The translations under genes were made by a program, and so were the position numbers. Positions 58,251 through 64,000 of a stretch of 64,000 bases of DNA are shown piece after piece. The stretch is from Bdellovibrionales bacterium (lineage in GTDB: Bacteria > Bdellovibrionota > UBA1018 > CAIMNF01), in assembly GCA_040380025.1 (NCBI GenBank), contig JBEIJY010000008.1, forward strand, positions 30,710 through 94,709. The letters are read 5' to 3'. Under the pieces are notes generated by a model. The model made no database searches. It saw only the letters and a list, made by a program, of their open reading frames with translations, and was not told the origin of the DNA. Each line of letters begins with the position of its first letter. Positions within the stretch are counted from its first letter, which is position 1.

Positions 58251-59045
58251 TCAGATCGCGACCGGAGCCTTGATCGCCGGATGCGGATCATAATTCTCGA
58301 GCGTGAAATCCTCGAACCGGAAATCAAAGAGATTCTTCACATCCGGATTCAACTTCATGACCGGCAGGGGTCTTGGTTCGCGTGAAAGCTGAAGCTTTGC
58401 CTGATCGATATGATTTGAATAGAGATGGAGATCCCCAAAGGTATGAACGAAATCTCCGGCCTTGAGCCCCGTGACCTGCGCGATCATCATGGTCAGGAGC
58501 GCATAACTCGCAATGTTGAACGGAACACCCAAGAAGAAGTCGGCCGAACGCTGATAGAGCTGGCACGAGAGCCTGCCGTCCGCCACATAGAACTGAAAAA
58601 ACGCGTGGCAGGGAGCAAGCGCCATCCGATCGAGTTCCCCCACATTCCACGCACTCACAATCAAGCGGCGGGAGTCCGGATTCGAGCGGATTTCTTGAAT
58701 CACCTTTGAGATCTGATCGATCACGCGGCCATCAGGGGCCTTCCATGAGCGCCACTGCGCCCCGTAGACCGGCCCCAGATTGCCGTTTTCGTCGGCCCAC
58801 TCATCCCAGATCGTCACGCCGTTTTCGCGAAGATAGGCGATGTTCGTCTCGCCCTTCAAGAACCAAAGAAGCTCGTGGATGATCGAACGAAGGTGGACCT
58901 TCTTGGTCGTGACCAGAGGAAATCCCTTCGAAAGGTCGAAGCGCAACTGCGCCCCGAACAGGCTGAGAGTGCCAGTGCCGGTCCGGTCGTTTTTTAGGGT
59001 TCCTTCGTCCAGAATTTTCCGCATCAAATCATGATAGGATTTCAC
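58251..59045 (-). CDS. thyA: Thymidylate synthase
   Basis: DRTGTGT, ELLWFL, YG.QWR, MAL.PCH, YQRSAD.FLGVPFN; GGAGGT SD with GTG start gives 264 aa. Confidence 0.97.
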   Translation of the reverse strand: MKSYHDLMRKILDEGTLKNDRTGTGTLSLFGAQLRFDLSKGFPLVTTKKVHLRSIIHELLWFLKGETNIAYLRENGVTIWDEWADENGNLGPVYGAQWRSWKAPDGRVIDQISKVIQEIRSNPDSRRLIVSAWNVGELDRMALAPCHAFFQFYVADGRLSCQLYQRSADFFLGVPFNIASYALLTMMIAQVTGLKAGDFVHTFGDLHLYSNHIDQAKLQLSREPRPLPVMKLNPDVKNLFDFRFEDFTLENYDPHPAIKAPVAI

Positions 59046-59133
59046 AAAATCACCTCCAGAGCAGGAAGGTACGTTGGCATCTTCATGCTCAAATTGCAAA
59101 ATCAAATCCCCTTTGTTAGCGTCCTTCCCGGAC

Positions 59134-61353
59134 ATGGAAGTTCGTCGCACGCCCGGAGCATCCCCCCATCGCAAATCCGTCGACCTGAGCCGGTTGAACC
59201 CCGAGCAAAAGGAAGCGGTTCTCCACACCCAAGGACCTCTTTTGATCCTGGCCGGAGCGGGGAGCGGAAAAACCAACACCATGACCCACAGGATCGCCCA
59301 CCTGATCGCCGACAAAGGTGTGCCCGCCTCACGGATTCTCGGATTGTCCTTCACCAACAAAGCAGCAACCGAGCTGAAGGACCGCGTGCGCACCATGCTC
59401 ACAAAAACCGCGGGACCGAAGGCCGGAAAGGGCCTGATTGTTTCGACTTTCCATAGTCTTTGCGTCCGGATTCTCAGGGAATTCGCCCCGAAAGTCGGAT
59501 ACACGCCGGAGTTCTCGATTCTCGATCCGAGCGATCAGGAGTCGATCGTCCGGGACATCCTGAAGCGGATCAACATCGATTCCAAGAAATTCGACCCTTC
59601 GTGGGTTCTGTTTCAGATCGGACAGGCCAAGAACCGTTTTTTGTCGGGCGCTGAAGCCGATCGATTCTTTGATTCCCTGAAAGGCCCGAAAATCGCGTAC
59701 GACGATTACTCGATCGCCCTCCAGAGTGTGTTCCCGCGCTACCAGGAGCAACTAAAGCTTCAGAACGCGATGGACTTCGATGATTTGCTCTTCAATACCG
59801 TGCGCCTTCTTGAGGCTGAAAAGGAAGTTCGGGAAACCCTCTCCCGACGCTTTCAATACATCTTGGTGGACGAGTACCAGGATACGAATGCCGCCCAATT
59901 CCGGCTCCTCGAGTGTCTGACCTCCACGCATCAAAATCTCTGCGTGGTCGGCGACGATGACCAGTCCATTTATGCCTGGAGAGGAGCGGACCCCTCGCAC
60001 ATTCTCGAGTTCGAGCGGCATTTTCAGGGAACAAAACGAATTCTTCTGACTCGGAACTACCGGAGCACCGAAACGATCCTGAATGCGGCAAACGAGGTGA
60101 TCTCGAAAAATCCGAAGCGCTATCCGAAGTCGCTCTGGTCGGGCAAGGGCGCCGGCTCCCCGATTCATATGGTCGCGGTCGAAGAGGATCGCGCAGAAGC
60201 CAAGATGGTCGCCGAGGAAATTCTGAAGCTTGCCGAATCCCGTTCTTCCAATCGAGGCGACCCTTCCTTCCGGCTTTGGAATGAGTTCGCGATCTTGTAC
60301 CGCTCGAACTCCCAATCCCGGATCTTCGAAGAGGCCCTGCGGCTGCACCAGATTCCTTACAAACTGGTCGGAGCCCTTTCGTTTCTGGACCGCAAGGAGG
60401 TGAAGGACCTGCTCTGCTACTGGAAGCTCGTGATCAATCCGAGGGATGACACCGCAATCCGCCGGGTGATCAACTGGCCCGCACGGGGCATCGGCAAATC
60501 CTCGATCGAACTGATTCATCAGCACTCGGTCGCATCGGGAAGCTCCTTTTTCGAGTCCATGCAAGACCCAGGGGTGTTCTCGCAACTGAATGAGAAAACC
60601 AAAAACGGCATCCGATCCTTCATTGATCTTCTGGGCTCTTTGAATGAAAGCCTCGCCTCCATCCAGCCCGAAGCCCATGCCTCTGTCGAGGGAGGATTCA
60701 CGGCGGCGGTCTCGGATTGGGCCAGAAAGAGCTTGGAACGGATCGGCACGAAGGCCGCCCTCCAGTCCGAAGAAGAAGACCCGGTCAAAGCGCAGAGAAG
60801 GTTCGAGAACATCGATGAACTCGCAAGCTCGATCGGCATGATGGATCTCGCTCCCGTCTCGGCCGAAGACGCGCCGCCGGTTGACGGCACCGTGGTGCTC
60901 CGGGAGTTTCTCTCCCAGCTCGTTTTGAATTCGAAAGAAGACAACGACAAAGAAGATGTCCCCCAGAATGCCCTGACCCTGATGACCCTCCATGGGGCCA
61001 AGGGCTTGGAATTCCCCGTGGTGTTCTTGGTGGGCCTGGAGGACGGAATCCTTCCGCACCAACGGACCATCGATGAAGGAGCGGATCTCTCGGAGGAAAG
61101 ACGACTTTTTTATGTCGGCATCACGCGGGCGAAAGAAGAGCTCTACCTTACCCGCACCAAACACCGGGTTCGGTACGGAAAAATGCTCCCAAGAAACCCC
61201 TCCCGGTTTTTGGAGGACATTCCTCCGGATCTGATCCTCGAACGGGATGAGTCCTCCTCGCCCGTTTTCAAATCAGAAGAGGCGGCAAAACGCCACGAAG
61301 AGGAAGTGCTTGGATTCTTCGCCGAAATCCAAAAACGCCTGAAGAAAAACTGA
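59134..61353 (+). CDS. UvrD/Rep/PcrA SF1 DNA helicase
   Basis: [55 protein letters not shown]. Confidence 0.95.
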   Translation: MEVRRTPGASPHRKSVDLSRLNPEQKEAVLHTQGPLLILAGAGSGKTNTMTHRIAHLIADKGVPASRILGLSFTNKAATELKDRVRTMLTKTAGPKAGKGLIVSTFHSLCVRILREFAPKVGYTPEFSILDPSDQESIVRDILKRINIDSKKFDPSWVLFQIGQAKNRFLSGAEADRFFDSLKGPKIAYDDYSIALQSVFPRYQEQLKLQNAMDFDDLLFNTVRLLEAEKEVRETLSRRFQYILVDEYQDTNAAQFRLLECLTSTHQNLCVVGDDDQSIYAWRGADPSHILEFERHFQGTKRILLTRNYRSTETILNAANEVISKNPKRYPKSLWSGKGAGSPIHMVAVEEDRAEAKMVAEEILKLAESRSSNRGDPSFRLWNEFAILYRSNSQSRIFEEALRLHQIPYKLVGALSFLDRKEVKDLLCYWKLVINPRDDTAIRRVINWPARGIGKSSIELIHQHSVASGSSFFESMQDPGVFSQLNEKTKNGIRSFIDLLGSLNESLASIQPEAHASVEGGFTAAVSDWARKSLERIGTKAALQSEEEDPVKAQRRFENIDELASSIGMMDLAPVSAEDAPPVDGTVVLREFLSQLVLNSKEDNDKEDVPQNALTLMTLHGAKGLEFPVVFLVGLEDGILPHQRTIDEGADLSEERRLFYVGITRAKEELYLTRTKHRVRYGKMLPRNPSRFLEDIPPDLILERDESSSPVFKSEEAAKRHEEEVLGFFAEIQKRLKKN

Positions 61354-61461
61354 GCTTCAGAGTCGATTTTCGCTCCTGAAAAAACCCTCCTGCGGTCGAG
61401 GGTCTTGTGCTAGTCTTGCGACATCATTCTACAAATTCAAAAACTCTGAAGGAGCAAGATC

Positions 61462-62166
61462 ATGAACACTCTATTTTCGGGCGCGGCGGCAGAATTCTGG
61501 TTGCGCTGGGTTCATTATGTTTTCGGCATCATCTGGATCGGACACCTGTATTACTTCAACTTCTCGCAGATGCCTTTCATGTCGGAGGCCGAAGCCACGA
61601 CAAAATCAGAAGTATTCCGGAAGCTTGCGCCCCACACCATGAAGTGGTTCCGTTATGGCGCGCTCTTCACCTTTCTTTCGGGCTGGGCGATGGTCGGCCA
61701 TAAAATGGGAACCGCGGGCGGAGCCGCATACTTGACCAGCGCTCCCGGGACCTTGATCCTGACCGGGGGACTGATCGGAACCCTCATGTTCCTGAACGTG
61801 TGGCTCATCATCTGGCCGAACAACAAGCTCATCATCGAGAATGCCGTCCGGACCTCCAAAGGAGAATCTCCGATTCCCGGGATCGCCGATCTTGCCTCCC
61901 GTGCCGCAATCGCATCGAGGACGAACACGCTCTTCTCGCTTCCCATGTTGTTCTTCATGGCGGCTCCGTCCCACCTTGGGGTCATGCTTTCTGAAGACAA
62001 GAGCCTCGTCCCCTATTGGTGTGTCTTCGGAATCGTGGTGGGCGCAATCGAGCTGAATGCCATCAAGGGCAAAATGGGCCCGCTTCAGAAGCTCATGGTC
62101 GCCATCAAGGGCGGCATGGTTCTCGCGATTCTTCTCTACGTCGCTCTCGCATTTCTTGCGGGATGA
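61462..62166 (+). CDS. Urate_ox_N (PuuD-like) membrane protein lacking a cytochrome c domain
   Basis: RW.H...GI.WIG.LYYFN, WFR..A..T..SG, M..NVW.IIWP, SR.NT..S.PM. Confidence 0.75.
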   Translation: MNTLFSGAAAEFWLRWVHYVFGIIWIGHLYYFNFSQMPFMSEAEATTKSEVFRKLAPHTMKWFRYGALFTFLSGWAMVGHKMGTAGGAAYLTSAPGTLILTGGLIGTLMFLNVWLIIWPNNKLIIENAVRTSKGESPIPGIADLASRAAIASRTNTLFSLPMLFFMAAPSHLGVMLSEDKSLVPYWCVFGIVVGAIELNAIKGKMGPLQKLMVAIKGGMVLAILLYVALAFLAG

Positions 62167-62178
62167 ATCTGACTCTTT

Positions 62179-62212
62179 TTCCGCGCGTCGCATTCTTTTG
62201 CGACGCGCGGAA
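62179..62212. terminator. Perfect 14-bp GC-rich hairpin between the puuD-like and GNAT genes
   Basis: TTCCGCGCGTCGCA-TTCTTT-TGCGACGCGCGGAA; weak U tract. Confidence 0.55.
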
Positions 62213-62218
62213 CTCTTC

Positions 62219-62776
62219 ATGAATCCCATCTTCATCTCTTCTCTTGGTCAGATTCCCGGACCCGCGCAAGACGCTCTTCTTGAAAAAGCCCGCGAGATCT
62301 TCTTTGAAACCTCCAGCCGGACCATATTTGTCTCCAAAGAAGATCGCGCGAAGTTTCAGCACCGATATTTTGATGTTTATCTTGAGTCACCTGATTTTTT
62401 TTATCTGGCTCGAACGGAAGACGCGGTTCTTGGTTACCTGGCCGGAGCCCCCCTCACTCTGAGTCAACACTATGCGTTCCACCCGTACCTTGAGCGCTTT
62501 CGGAGCGAGATCGAGGAATGCTTTCCGGCCCATCTCCACATCAACCTCACCGGATCGGCCCGCGGTACAGGGACGGGCTCAAAATTGATCGAACGATTCG
62601 AGAACGATCTGATGCTCCGCGGTTCGCGGGGTCTGCACATTGTGACCTCTATTGACGCACGCAATGTGTCGTTTTATGAACGGAATGGTCTGATCAAGGC
62701 CTCGGTCACGGAATGGAATCAAAAGAATCTGTTTTTGATGGGAAAGAAATTCCCGCTCCAACCGGCGTCCGTTTAG
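62219..62776 (+). CDS. GNAT-family acetyltransferase
   Basis: PAHLHINL...ARG.G.GS.L, FYE..G. Confidence 0.8.
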   Translation: MNPIFISSLGQIPGPAQDALLEKAREIFFETSSRTIFVSKEDRAKFQHRYFDVYLESPDFFYLARTEDAVLGYLAGAPLTLSQHYAFHPYLERFRSEIEECFPAHLHINLTGSARGTGTGSKLIERFENDLMLRGSRGLHIVTSIDARNVSFYERNGLIKASVTEWNQKNLFLMGKKFPLQPASV

Positions 62777-62828
62777 TTTTCTTTCGAAGCATCTCGCGCG
62801 GGAACCTGAAAGTTTGTACTCTTGAATC

Positions 62829-63785
62829 ATGGCGAAGCGACTCCTGCTGATTCTTGCCCTTTTGATCCTGTCTGCTTGCTCTTCTCCGACCCGATCGCCG
62901 GAAGTCATGTCCGAGCCCCGCGGGAATGCTGTTGATTTTTCGATGTCCCTTGATTCAGCTCGCGAAGAAGTAGAACGCGCGCTCCTCGCGGCTGGAATCG
63001 CACCCAGTGCGATCGCCCGGATTCATCGCAACTTCAAATCAAAACACTCATGGCAGGAGTCCGCGCTCCGGATCATCGAATTGAATGTGTTCGGGTTTCT
63101 TTATGACGGGAATTACTTCGGGCATGACACTCCCGAGGCCAGAAAACGGATCTCTTCGTACATCCGCTCCCATGCCCGGAGCTTTGAGGCCGCCAAGAAT
63201 AAATATGGCATCGAGGCGGAGTCCATTGCCGCTCTCTTATGGGTCGAAACCAAGCTCGGAAGACAAACCGGGAGCATTCCGCTACCTTGGGTTTATTACG
63301 CTCTGTCGCTCGCATCGCACCCGCGATTCTGCGCCGAGATGATGACGATTCTTCCTGATAAACTTGAAAAATCGAGACTTTCTGGCAAGCCCGACCTAGC
63401 GACTGCACAAAGGAAGCTCCTGGCCCGGTGCCGGAGCAAATCGGAATGGGCGATCGAGGAGCTCAGGACCGTCTTCGAGCTCGAGAAAACCCATGATCTT
63501 AAGCCCTTCCAGATCAAGGCCTCCTTTGCGGGCGCCTTCGGAATCCCGCAATTTCTCCCCTCGAGTTACCGCAAGTACGCCGTATCGGACTACCGCAAGA
63601 AGCCCGATCTGTTCATGACATCGGACGCCATTCTGAGTGTCGGAAATTTCCTTCATCAGAATGGCTGGAAGAGGGACGTCCCGGACTCACAACCCGTGGC
63701 GCTCTACGCTTACAATCGGAGTCGGGATTATGGAGCGGTGATTCTGCGGATCGCGGAAGGAATGAAATCAAAGACGAGCCTGTAG
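62829..63785 (+). CDS. MltB-like lytic murein transglycosylase lipoprotein
   Basis: LSAC lipobox, VET..G, S.AGA.G.PQF.PSSY, DAI.SV.NFL...GW, YN.S..Y. Confidence 0.88.
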   Translation: MAKRLLLILALLILSACSSPTRSPEVMSEPRGNAVDFSMSLDSAREEVERALLAAGIAPSAIARIHRNFKSKHSWQESALRIIELNVFGFLYDGNYFGHDTPEARKRISSYIRSHARSFEAAKNKYGIEAESIAALLWVETKLGRQTGSIPLPWVYYALSLASHPRFCAEMMTILPDKLEKSRLSGKPDLATAQRKLLARCRSKSEWAIEELRTVFELEKTHDLKPFQIKASFAGAFGIPQFLPSSYRKYAVSDYRKKPDLFMTSDAILSVGNFLHQNGWKRDVPDSQPVALYAYNRSRDYGAVILRIAEGMKSKTSL

Positions 63786-63795
63786 TTGGAGGGCT

Positions 63796-63840
63796 AAAAA
63801 CAAAAACCCCCCTGGCTGAACTGAATCAACCAAGGGGTTT
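63796..63840 (-). terminator. Terminator downstream of 5S rRNA
   Basis: Minus strand AAACCCCTTGGTTGA...TCAGCCAGGGGGGTTTTTGTTTTT. Confidence 0.75.
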
Positions 63841-63851
63841 CGATAAGTAAA

Positions 63852-63969
63852 TGGGGGCGTCGAGCTATTTTGACACCGGGCTACCCCGGCACTATCGTCG
63901 CCGCGGGCGGGCTTAACTTCTGAGTTCGGAATGGAATCAGGTGGGACCCCGCCGCTATAGACACCCCCA
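63852..63969 (-). rRNA. rrf: 5S ribosomal RNA
   Basis: Minus strand has CACCTGATTCCATTCCGAACTCAGAAGTTAAG core; complementary termini (GGGGGTGTC/GACGCCCCC); about 118 nt. Confidence 0.95.
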
Positions 63970-64000
63970 AGCTTTGTAAATGCTTATGGGATCGTTTAAC

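Noticed and set aside
59046..59504. Extended N-terminus of ThyA (417-aa ORF)
   Set aside because: Overlaps the helicase antisense; SD plus GTG at 59045 gives a canonical-length enzyme
63970..64000. 3' end of 23S rRNA
   Set aside because: Only 31 nt and not recognisable; may be spacer

Overview
GC-rich bacterial chromosomal segment, densely coding, mostly core metabolism. The gene set (PrkA-YeaH-SpoVR, myxobacteria-like Ser/Thr kinase, ACIII, class II RNR, many secreted hydrolases) suggests a Bdellovibrionota/Myxococcota-like organism; this is inference, not a search result. In order: fadB(partial)-fadA, FliG-C-like gene, deoxyhypusine-synthase-like gene, UDG region, rluB, ahpC, cysE-fabI, fabH, nrdJ, a signal-peptide GH1, ppk1, prkA-yeaH-spoVR, PP2C-M23-secA-dapF-mscS, a signalling cluster, kamA, feoAB with a Fur-like box, gpmA, a large respiratory locus (actABCDEF plus sco-coxBAC-IV), HNH, XRE, folA-thyA, uvrD, mltB and a 5S rRNA. 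No CRISPR array, tRNA, prophage or IS element was seen. Two genes carry single frameshifts that may be assembly errors. Best leads: (1) the GH1 appears to carry plant SFR2-type (galactolipid transgalactosylase) motifs; (2) the ACIII/oxidase locus is split by an opposite-strand ctaB + IF1-like peptide + GbsR cassette and has a subunit IV-cytochrome c fusion; (3) several apparent pseudo-enzymes (UDG, M23, SpoIIE/STAS). All family assignments come from motifs recognised by eye, with no database searches.
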